DNA from: a virus
Taxonomy: Duplodnaviria > Caudoviricetes
Direction: 5' to 3' (one strand)
Length of the DNA stretch: 64,000 nt
Virus record (IMG/VR): IMGVR_UViG_3300049004_000016
Location: 51,286 to 115,285 of that record
Part shown: piece by piece, positions 48,962-56,600 of the stretch
Position numbering within the stretch: the stretch's first letter is position 1
How the letters are laid out: each line of letters starts with the position of its first letter
The notes under the pieces: generated by a model
Told to the model about the DNA's origin: nothing
The model's database searches: none
The model's input: only the letters and a program-made list of their open reading frames with translations
Program-made: the position numbers and the translations under genes

Positions 48962-49233
48962 TGCCCACCCGTCCTTGCTGTCAGCCCGGTGACCACCTGG
49001 CGCGCGATACCGACCAGCCACACACCCACGTCGCCGTCCGGCTGACCGAGTGCGTGGATCGCCCGGTTGGCCTGCTGGAACGTCAACACTGTGGCCTCTT
49101 CCACCACCGAACGGTCCCGGACCAGCGTCGCGACGAACGCGAACACCAGGTCCACGTTCTGGTCGTAGAGCTGTTGGGCTTGCGCGCGGGTCACCGCCGG
49201 AACCAGCCGATCACTCGGCGGGTCTTGGACCAC
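48958..49233 (-). CDS. stand-alone ECF sigma factor region-2 domain
   Basis: LYDQNVDLVFAFV...VEE...TF..A...DVGVWLVGIARQ matches ECF sigma2; no region 4. Confidence 0.7.
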   Translation of the reverse strand: MVQDPPSDRLVPAVTRAQAQQLYDQNVDLVFAFVATLVRDRSVVEEATVLTFQQANRAIHALGQPDGDVGVWLVGIARQVVTGLTARTGGQ

Positions 49234-49532
49234 GGCTGCCGGGGAAACACCGCCATTTCCTTGACCAGCTCGGTCAGGTCATGCACCGCTGCTGTCAGGT
49301 CGGAGATCTCCGTGCACACCTGGTCGATGGACGCCTCAACGCCGCCGCTGATCTCTTTCAGCGCCTCGGTGTGCGCCTCAGCCGCTTTCTCGATCGCCCT
49401 GGGTAGCTCTGGGAGGAACTTGCCCAGGACCGTGGAGATACCCCGCAGGTGCCGATCTCCTGATACCGCAAGCGGCGAGACCGGCCCACGGCCATGTGGT
49501 GGCCGTGGCGGCTCCGGTGGTGACGCGACCAT
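49191..49532 (-). CDS. hypothetical coiled-coil protein
   Basis: GACACGGAGG leader 8 nt before ATG 49532. Confidence 0.6.
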   Translation of the reverse strand: MVASPPEPPRPPHGRGPVSPLAVSGDRHLRGISTVLGKFLPELPRAIEKAAEAHTEALKEISGGVEASIDQVCTEISDLTAAVHDLTELVKEMAVFPRQPWSKTRRVIGWFRR

Positions 49533-49818
49533 GTCTCTGCCCTCCGTGTCGGTGGTGCCGTCGCACCTGGTAAGACGCTTGATCACACCAATAGGCGTAG
49601 ACCGAATGGGTGACTGTTTGTTTCCGTGTCCGGCGGTCCGTCGACCGTTGATTTCCCTACGACCGTAACCCGTGGTTCACCACCAGGTCAACGGTTTTCC
49701 AGTAACTCATCCGAAGTAATGTTACGTGTCGAGCGTGCAGGTTGGAGTGTTGCTGAGATCGTCTTAATCGGGCACGCTAGGCAACGCCCAGCAGGTCCCC
49801 CAACGAAACGGAGGCACC

Positions 49819-50046
49819 TTGATCACCAACGGTATGCCGGCCAACGAGATCCCCGGCGCTATCTGGCGCAAGGCCCGTAAGTCCCACGGTGGCTACGAGT
49901 GCGTGGAGCTGGCCCCGGTGGACGGTGGAGTGGCCATGCGCAACTCCCGCCACCCAGACGGACCGGCGCTGGTGTTCACCGGCCCTGAGATCACAGCACT
50001 GATCCACGGCGCCAAGGCAGGAGAGTTCGACGACCTAGCTGGATAA
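49819..50046 (+). CDS. DUF397 protein (orphan)
   Basis: WRKARKS..ECVELA...VAMRNSRHPDGPALVFT..E...GAKAGEFD. Confidence 0.93.
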   Translation: MITNGMPANEIPGAIWRKARKSHGGYECVELAPVDGGVAMRNSRHPDGPALVFTGPEITALIHGAKAGEFDDLAG

Positions 50047-50062
50047 ACCGCACCTGGCACGA

Positions 50063-50099
50063 GGGCGGCATCGGTCTACGGACTGGTGCCGCCCATTTT
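50063..50099 (+). terminator. terminator hairpin with C(UACG)G tetraloop
   Basis: GGGCGGCATCGGTC-TACG-GACTGGTGCCGCCC-ATTTT between convergent genes. Confidence 0.75.
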
Positions 50100-50104
50100 C
50101 GTCG

Positions 50105-50269
50105 TTACGGGACCACTTCCACCCAGTCATCCACCACGACCACCCGACGCCGGTACACGTGGGTGCGGTTGACCTCGATCTGACCCCGAATCCACATGGC
50201 GAGCGGGTAGATCCGCTCAATGTCGGGGTGTTGGCTGCGGACACACATGCTGCCGTCCGTCATCCTCAC
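50105..50269 (-). CDS. hypothetical protein
   Basis: GTGA-coupled small ORF. Confidence 0.4.
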   Translation of the reverse strand: MRMTDGSMCVRSQHPDIERIYPLAMWIRGQIEVNRTHVYRRRVVVVDDWVEVVP

Positions 50270-50547
50270 TGCGTGCTCGGTGACCTCGCCGGTGTCCGTG
50301 CCCGCTCCGGTCCGGTCGGCCCGGCGTCGTCCTCCGCTGGCCACCTCCCCAGCGCGTCCGCTTCCTCCTCGGTCACCCCCACCCACAGATGACCTACTCC
50401 CATCTCCCGGTTCCACCGCCACCACTCTTTCTGGTTCCCCACACCAGCCAACGCCCGTACAGCCGCGCGCTCAGCAACTCCCGCTGAACGGACCCGTTTC
50501 CTGCGAGTGGGATCAGTGATACTGACGCTCGCATGCCAAACTGGCAT
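50266..50547 (-). CDS. hypothetical protein
   Basis: PVWHASVS...HLWV pattern. Confidence 0.55.
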   Translation of the reverse strand: MPVWHASVSITDPTRRKRVRSAGVAERAAVRALAGVGNQKEWWRWNREMGVGHLWVGVTEEEADALGRWPAEDDAGPTGPERARTPARSPSTQ

Positions 50548-50565
50548 GCCGTTATTGAGCCGTGC

Positions 50566-50703
50566 TCAACGATCCACCGCCAGGATCATCCGCAGCAGAT
50601 TCCCTCCTGGTAGCACGTCGTCATAGGTCACCCCCGCCAGTTGGGTCAGATCTCTGGCGTTGTTCAGCGGGTTGTCCAACGCGAACCGCTGCCGGTCATT
50701 CAT
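50566..50703 (-). CDS. hypothetical protein
   Basis: ATGA overlap with CDF stop. Confidence 0.4.
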   Translation of the reverse strand: MNDRQRFALDNPLNNARDLTQLAGVTYDDVLPGGNLLRMILAVDR

Positions 50704-51368
50704 CGTGCCGCCCTCAACAGTCTGGTGTTGTGAACCCCAAGCTGGCAGGCCACAACCGCGATCAACACACCGATCAAGATAGACGCCGCTGCGTCCCAAA
50801 CCTCAGACCCAGTGGCCACACGCAACACGATCCCGGCCAGCGCCAACACGCACCCCAGCAGATCCATGGTGTCCTCCGCTAGCACCGCTTTCGTGCTGGT
50901 GTCCTGGGTGGTCCACAGGTGCCTCCAGAACGACAGCCCGCCACGGGAAGCGTGGAGCTGGGTGAACGCCCTCCGCCATGACACCGACTCCAGGCACATC
51001 GACACCACCAACACCGCCACCGCGACCCCCGTGAACGTTTCCGCGACAGCGGGACTGACCAGGGTGTGGATGCCCTCATACACCGCGTAGCACGCGCCGG
51101 TGAAGAACATTGACACTGCCGCTGCCAGGCCCCAGGAGTACTCCGCGAGTGGTCGTGAGGGGTGCCGGGCCCGTTTGATGCCGACCCACACGAACCCCTG
51201 GTTGGTGGTGTCGACGGTGGAGTGCGCTGCCTCCGCGAGCATCGCCACCGAGCCGGTCATGATGCCGGCTACCACTTTCAACGCTGCCACGGTCACGTTC
51301 ACCACCAGCGCCACCGACACCGTGGTTTCCTTGCCGGTGTCTGCCGTCGCCTCAAGTACCGCGCTCAT
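50700..51368 (-). CDS. cation diffusion facilitator (CDF) transporter, TM domain only
   Basis: ALVVN..VAALK...TGSVAMLAEAAHSTVDTTNQ; AEDTMD; WDAAASILIG. Confidence 0.9.
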   Translation of the reverse strand: MSAVLEATADTGKETTVSVALVVNVTVAALKVVAGIMTGSVAMLAEAAHSTVDTTNQGFVWVGIKRARHPSRPLAEYSWGLAAAVSMFFTGACYAVYEGIHTLVSPAVAETFTGVAVAVLVVSMCLESVSWRRAFTQLHASRGGLSFWRHLWTTQDTSTKAVLAEDTMDLLGCVLALAGIVLRVATGSEVWDAAASILIGVLIAVVACQLGVHNTRLLRAAR

Positions 51369-51446
51369 TACAAGCCTCCGTGTCTGGCGGCCGGTACGTC
51401 ACCGGCCTTCACTCCCTATATCGCTGCCAGGGAGGTGGGTGTTACA
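51369..51446 (-). promoter_or_regulatory. promoter-stem-loop-SD module (copy 3)
   Basis: TGTAAC-N17-CGATAT, GAGTGA, GGCCGGT/ACCGGCC hairpin, GACACGGAGG. Confidence 0.8.
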
Positions 51447-51642
51447 CCCTCCTGGAGATCTCGTATCCGGCTTCGGTCAGCTTCTGGTGCAGCTCGTTCA
51501 CGTCCTCATCGAACATCACCGGCCACGGGCACCCACCCAGGTTGCACACCGTCATCCCGTACCGGCAGGCGCGGTGTTCATCCCGCAGGCCGGTCACCAC
51601 CCGCTGCAACGCGTCCCGCCCCTCGATTCTCACGGCGCGCAC
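51442..51642 (-). CDS. hypothetical protein
   Basis: Coupled to upstream ORF; its stop lies in the -35 TGTAAC. Confidence 0.45.
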   Translation of the reverse strand: MRAVRIEGRDALQRVVTGLRDEHRACRYGMTVCNLGGCPWPVMFDEDVNELHQKLTEAGYEISRRV

Positions 51643-51977
51643 ACTCCCGGCTTGAGGTTCAGAGTCGTGAAGTGCATTTCGTTGTCCACCCATCCATCGG
51701 CGATCGGGTCCATCAGGTCACGGAGCTGCATGGCCAGCGCCACGGCTGCCTCGCTCCACCGCTGGGACCTGCACCGGTCCTCGGTGCCCGGTGTGAACAG
51801 GAACTCATCGGAGGCGTTGCGGACGGTAACGATCACGTCGGCGTACATGCTGGCGGTGTCAGTTCGTGCGCTGATCACCCACTTGGGGTCCAGCGTGCCG
51901 GCCTTCTGCGCTGCCTTGATCGCCGCCCGGACCCGCGCTGTGATGGTCTTCGGCTCCACGTACTCGTATCCGCCCAT
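51630..51977 (-). CDS. hypothetical protein
   Basis: Preceded by promoter module copy 4. Confidence 0.65.
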   Translation of the reverse strand: MGGYEYVEPKTITARVRAAIKAAQKAGTLDPKWVISARTDTASMYADVIVTVRNASDEFLFTPGTEDRCRSQRWSEAAVALAMQLRDLMDPIADGWVDNEMHFTTLNLKPGVCAP

Positions 51978-52055
51978 TGCCCTGTCCTCCGTGTCTGGTG
52001 GCCACCGGCGTGGCCTCTCACTCGGTGTATCGGTGGCCGCTGGCCGATCGTTACA
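51978..52055 (-). promoter_or_regulatory. promoter-stem-loop-SD module (copy 4)
   Basis: TGTAAC-N17-CGATAC, GAGTGAG, GGCCAC/GTGGCC hairpin, GACACGGAGG. Confidence 0.8.
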
Positions 52056-52413
52056 CCAGGCTCTTGATCAGGTGTGGGCGGAGCACGTCACGCGCGGCGT
52101 CCAACGTGTCGAAGTACTTAGGGGTGTCACCAGGGCGCCCCGTCCAGGTGTGCTCAGCCGCTGACCCGAGCGCGGCGTCCACATCGATGCTCTTCTTGGG
52201 CACCATGTGGGCCTTGCGGAACCCCACCATCCGGGCCAACTCCACCGTGCTGCGGTAGCCGACCGTCCGAACGGCCTTGATCTGGCCATCGCGGGTGATG
52301 TTGGTGACCACACCGACGGTGAACTCCGAGTGGGACTTGCAGCCCTTCCCGATCACGTAATCGGTGTGGACGCTCTCCACCACCACCAGGTCCCCGCGCT
52401 TCGCTGCTTCCAT
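52051..52413 (-). CDS. hypothetical protein
   Basis: Preceded by module copy 5; stop inside -35 of copy 4. Confidence 0.65.
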   Translation of the reverse strand: MEAAKRGDLVVVESVHTDYVIGKGCKSHSEFTVGVVTNITRDGQIKAVRTVGYRSTVELARMVGFRKAHMVPKKSIDVDAALGSAAEHTWTGRPGDTPKYFDTLDAARDVLRPHLIKSLV

Positions 52414-52490
52414 CACAAACCTCCGTGTCTCGGTGCGGCCCGGCGGCCACGCTCACCCGGTATATCGCCGCTGGCGCCGGCAGCGTTACA
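52414..52490 (-). promoter_or_regulatory. promoter-stem-loop-SD module (copy 5)
   Basis: TGTAAC-N17-CGATAT, GGGTGAG, GTGGCC/GGCCGC hairpin, GACACGGAGG. Confidence 0.8.
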
Positions 52491-52491
52491 G

Positions 52492-53436
52492 CTACCTCGA
52501 CAGCCTGTTGACTTTCGGCCGGTCAACGATCGGTGCGTCCTCCGGGCCCCGCCAGTGCCCGTTGATATTGCGCCACTCTCGGTGGCGGTCCGGTCCGCTG
52601 CCACACCAGTACCTCCGCCGGAACCCCTCGACCCAGATCCGTTCGTCCAGTGGCTTCCCCGACCCAGGATGCTGGACCGGTTGGGCTTCCCTCCGCAGCG
52701 TGATCACCGTGACCTCAGTCGGTAGCTTCCGGCGCGCAGCCAACCGCATGATCGCCCGGTCGCTGCGCTCGTGGGTGTGCGTGGAGACCGTCTCGTCCAG
52801 CAGACCCCACAACGCCAACACCATGCACCCCATGTTCAACCCGCCGTGCGCGGTCAACCCCTCATCGGTCATCCGCTGCTCTTGCTCGGGCGACGGTGGG
52901 ATCAGCGACGGCCCAACCCTCAGACCATTCGGTAACCAGTAGGTTCCGATCCCATGCCACCGGCCCAGCAGCCTGCGCAACTCCGGCCGGTCGGTTTCCA
53001 CGGCAACTTCATCCGGTTCCCGGTACAGGTCGTTGAACGTGGTCAACAGCCACCCCGTCTCACCGCCACGGTCCTGGGCTGGTCCCCACGTCAGCGAGTG
53101 AATGATGGTCCGGCGCCCTCGCAGCTCCCGGAACTCGATCGGCTTCTCCAGGACCACGAACCCGCACTGGCGTGGCGGCCGGTAGTCCCCACCGACCCGC
53201 GTCAGTTCGTGCATGGCCTCGACACGCGCCAACACCAGCCCGGTCATCTGCTCGGTCACCAGGTAGGCGCGTGCGTTGCCCACGTTCCTGGCGATCGTCG
53301 GCGCCACACTGCTGACTTGGCTGATGACTTTGTCTTGCCGGGCGAGGCCGTCTAAGTACCGGCAGGCTGGTGTGTTGCCGTTCCCCAGGATGTCCGCTAG
53401 GTCCAGGTGTTGGGCGAGGACGTCACGCGGTCGCAC
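52492..53436 (-). CDS. conserved phage hypothetical protein
   Basis: C-terminal WVEGFRRRYW...INGHWRGPEDAP basic motif. Confidence 0.65.
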   Translation of the reverse strand: MRPRDVLAQHLDLADILGNGNTPACRYLDGLARQDKVISQVSSVAPTIARNVGNARAYLVTEQMTGLVLARVEAMHELTRVGGDYRPPRQCGFVVLEKPIEFRELRGRRTIIHSLTWGPAQDRGGETGWLLTTFNDLYREPDEVAVETDRPELRRLLGRWHGIGTYWLPNGLRVGPSLIPPSPEQEQRMTDEGLTAHGGLNMGCMVLALWGLLDETVSTHTHERSDRAIMRLAARRKLPTEVTVITLRREAQPVQHPGSGKPLDERIWVEGFRRRYWCGSGPDRHREWRNINGHWRGPEDAPIVDRPKVNRLSR

Positions 53437-53439
53437 CGT

Positions 53440-53769
53440 TCAGTCCTCGTACAAACCGAGGGAGTAGGAGTGATACGGCTCCGCCACCACACCAGACGGG
53501 AACCGGATCTCCCGCTCCATTGCCAGCTTCCCCGCCCGTGTCGCGCTGGCACCGAACTCGGTCCACAAGATGGTCGCGACCTCCTCGTTGACCCCGCCCA
53601 TCGTCGCGCGGTAGGCCCACTCGAACGGCCCGTCCTCCCAGCAGATCAACCAGGCAACCCGACCGTCCCAGTTCTCGATCAGCGTGATCTGGTCCGCGTC
53701 GTCGTAGTCCTTATACCGGGCGCGCACAGCGGCCAGTGCCGCTTCGGCCTGCTCTCGTGTGATGGCCAT
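53440..53769 (-). CDS. hypothetical protein
   Basis: WEDGPFEW...AEPYHSYSLGLY; preceded by module copy 6. Confidence 0.65.
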   Translation of the reverse strand: MAITREQAEAALAAVRARYKDYDDADQITLIENWDGRVAWLICWEDGPFEWAYRATMGGVNEEVATILWTEFGASATRAGKLAMEREIRFPSGVVAEPYHSYSLGLYED

Positions 53770-53845
53770 CGTGTCCTCCGTGTCGTGGCCGGGAACGTCT
53801 CCCGGCGTCTACTCACTTATCGTCGCGTGCCGGCGTGGCGTTACA
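53770..53845 (-). promoter_or_regulatory. promoter-stem-loop-SD module (copy 6)
   Basis: TGTAAC-N17-CGATAA, GCCGGGA/TCCCGGC hairpin, GACACGGAGG. Confidence 0.8.
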
Positions 53846-54098
53846 CCTCACCGTCGATGATCTGACCGACCGCGCGGTCCCGCATCTTCTTCTCAATGTG
53901 GGAGTCAGTGACGTACGCACCGCAGTTGAATGCCGCGCCCGCCACGGCGCAAGCCGACGCGATAACGAACACCACCTGGGTCCAGCCGTGGAACGCCAGC
54001 ACCGCCACCGCGACCATCACCAGCGTCACCAGGGTCAGTCCGATCGCCTTGGATGCGCGTCGCTCGATGGGTGTTGGCACCCGATCGTTGTTGACCAT
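53841..54098 (-). CDS. two-TM membrane protein
   Basis: GACACGGAGG leader; two hydrophobic helices. Confidence 0.65.
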   Translation of the reverse strand: MVNNDRVPTPIERRASKAIGLTLVTLVMVAVAVLAFHGWTQVVFVIASACAVAGAAFNCGAYVTDSHIEKKMRDRAVGQIIDGEV

Positions 54099-54315
54099 TC
54101 CCGTTACCTCCGTGTCGGCTGACCATCAGACCCGATGCCTGACGGTTCGTTCCATCCCATCCACTCGGCGTGCTGGTCACCGCCGGGGATCTTGTTCGCA
54201 CCGGGACCGCACGCGCACCACCACAGCAACCCGGTCGGTGACTGCGCTGTCCGGCGCGGGTGGCCCTGGGGGCAGGTGCCGGCATCGCAGACCCCGTCAC
54301 CCCACCGGCGCCCGG

Positions 54316-54681
54316 TCATGGGCAGCACCACGCGCATGGCGGCCGGGTGGTGTTGCAGTAGCAGCCCTCCGGCGCGCGGTCCGGGTCTTCGCCGTCCAGC
54401 GGAGTCACCGGCCCGTGGCCCAGTCGGATCACGTTGCCCCGCCCCGGTTCCTCCCCGTCGCACAGCTCCCGGTCACCGTTGACGCCCGAGACCACGGTGC
54501 GCCACGGTGCCGTCGTCGCGGTCCGTTCCACACCGATCAGGCACCGCTGGCATGTGCCGCGTAGCGCGTCACCCGCTGGGTCCGGTGGTGGTTTCGGTGG
54601 TCGTGGCATCGGTGGTCGGCTGGCTTGGATGACTCTGGCCAGCTCGATGACACCGGCGAAGAACTGGTCGGCTGACCCCAT
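54316..54681 (-). CDS. Cys-rich hypothetical protein
   Basis: GGAGGAGG SD; CQRC and CYC...PPCAWC. Confidence 0.5.
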   Translation of the reverse strand: MGSADQFFAGVIELARVIQASRPPMPRPPKPPPDPAGDALRGTCQRCLIGVERTATTAPWRTVVSGVNGDRELCDGEEPGRGNVIRLGHGPVTPLDGEDPDRAPEGCYCNTTRPPCAWCCP

Positions 54682-55055
54682 CAGGACCTCCTCCAGCGTT
54701 CGGCTACGTGCACCATCAGCTTCGCCAGCAGAACAACCAAGCATCCGACGATCGCCCCGAGGAGCATCGCTGTTGTGGCAGACATCAGGTCTGATCCTTC
54801 CGTGCCTCGGCGCGCAACCGCTCCACCTCAGCGATCAACCAATCAACATCCCACCGGTTCAACGGCCCGAACTGGTGATCCACCTTGATCCTCAGCAACC
54901 GATCCACGCCGATCACGGTGACCCACCCGGCCCGTACCGCTCATCACGCAGCTCATCGATCCGGATCTGACCCCTGATGCTGTCGTGGTTGTACTTGCCG
55001 GCCTCCAGCTCCCAGCAGCGGCAGGCGTCTCCGTCCTGACCGCACTCGCACGCGC

Positions 55056-55475
55056 TCACCGCTCGCCTCCCGGTGACTCCATCGCGACGGCCAAATCCAA
55101 GGCAGTCTCAGCCAACCGGCGCCGCGCCTGGGCACGCATCTTGCCGATCTCCGTCAACCGCTCCAACGGGAAATTGACGTACTCCAGGCACTGGGCGAGC
55201 CGTGACGTCACCCTCCGGTACCGATCCGACGCCTCGACCAACGCAGCCCACTCCGGGGGTTCATCACCCAGGTGGATCTCATCCCAGATCCGCAGGTAGC
55301 CGTGGATCTCATCGACATCTTCCGCGCCCAACTCCACCGTGAACGTCTTAGCGGTAGTCACACCGAACTTCGGTCCGGCGATCCGGTAACCGTGGCCGGT
55401 GCCGTTGTCGTCCAGGGCGCTGATGTTCGCGCGGCCACGGGCGTCGCCTTCCAGCACGATCTTGGTGTAATCCAT
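55056..55475 (-). CDS. hypothetical protein
   Basis: GACACGGAGG leader; GHGYRIAGPKF. Confidence 0.6.
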   Translation of the reverse strand: MDYTKIVLEGDARGRANISALDDNGTGHGYRIAGPKFGVTTAKTFTVELGAEDVDEIHGYLRIWDEIHLGDEPPEWAALVEASDRYRRVTSRLAQCLEYVNFPLERLTEIGKMRAQARRRLAETALDLAVAMESPGGER

Positions 55476-55528
55476 CGCGTCTTTGCCTCCGTGTCGTTCG
55501 GGGGTGTTGGCCGTCACCAACACCCCCG

Positions 55529-55557
55529 AACCTACCCCCACCGGCGGTCACAGTCAA
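55529..55557 (-). promoter_or_regulatory. SigA-like promoter TTGACT-N17-TAGGTT adjoining a perfect 15-bp hairpin (55496-55531)
   Basis: Consensus-like hexamers and spacing. Confidence 0.6.
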
Positions 55558-55564
55558 CGACCAG

Positions 55565-55810
55565 TTAGGCCGTTCCCTCCGCCTTCCACACATGCCACCG
55601 CGTTGCTGCCGTAGCGATCTCCTGTGGGGAAATGCTGATCGCCCGCTCCGGGTCAGCCTCGAAATACACAACCCAATCGCTGGTGTACGGGTCACGGATC
55701 ACAATCAACGTCGCAGAGCCACCCGTAAGAAGGCGACCCTGCAACGCAACCCGCTGCTGCTGATTCTGTGGAACGGTCCGGTGCGGTCCTGGAATATCCG
55801 CAGAGACCAT
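55565..55810 (-). CDS. hypothetical protein
   Basis: GAGGGG SD. Confidence 0.45.
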   Translation of the reverse strand: MVSADIPGPHRTVPQNQQQRVALQGRLLTGGSATLIVIRDPYTSDWVVYFEADPERAISISPQEIATAATRWHVWKAEGTA

Positions 55811-55985
55811 CGGTCCCCCTCAGATCGTTACCTCCCACCGGCCGCGCCGCGCTTGATCGCAGCCCACAACGAACCACGACACCACGCCGGGCGCATGTTC
55901 CAGCAGATAACCGCGTCCAACACACGGCAACCGGTCGCCAAGGTATCCATCACTCTCACTGTCCAAACATCACGACGGGTGACCA

Positions 55986-56600
55986 TCACCCCCACCCCAT
56001 CAACCAACCCAACACCGGACTAAGCCACCCGACCATCCCCATAGCCATGATCGCAGTCAACAGGAACATCATCGGAACCGCGAGGAACTTCTCCCCAGCA
56101 CTGTCAGTGGAGAACCAATGCAGGGAGTGGCGACGCCACACTTCCTTATGACGCAAATAGTTGTAAACCGCGCTAAATGGGACACCGGACGGTGTGGGGC
56201 AATCCGCGATGATGTGACTGGTCGTTCCCACGAACACCGCAGCACCCCACCACCAGCACCATGGCGCGATCGGTGGAATCTGCGACGTCAACAACACCAC
56301 CACCAGCCCAGCCAGCAGACACCACTCAATGCAATGCGACGGGCCACGGTGGACGTCGTCGCGGTGCTTGTCCTTCTCCGTGCGGATCATGTACCCCAGG
56401 TGGCCGCTCCCGCGAACAAGAGCGGCACCAGGGTGCATCCGGCCCTTGAAACGCGGGTGGTCCAGGTCGTTCCACGTCGAGGAGAACACGACCAACGCAC
56501 CGCACGCGATCGCGACCGGCAGCGGCACCCCCAGCATCACCATCGACCACGCCTTGCCCAACCCCAAGGGCGAGGCGGTGGCGTGGTGCCCCAAACGCAT
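55986..56600 (-). CDS. YdjM-like membrane metal-dependent hydrolase
   Basis: GHH, DLDHP, HRGPSH, SHIIAD..TPSGVP. Confidence 0.85.
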   Translation of the reverse strand: MRLGHHATASPLGLGKAWSMVMLGVPLPVAIACGALVVFSSTWNDLDHPRFKGRMHPGAALVRGSGHLGYMIRTEKDKHRDDVHRGPSHCIEWCLLAGLVVVLLTSQIPPIAPWCWWWGAAVFVGTTSHIIADCPTPSGVPFSAVYNYLRHKEVWRRHSLHWFSTDSAGEKFLAVPMMFLLTAIMAMGMVGWLSPVLGWLMGWG

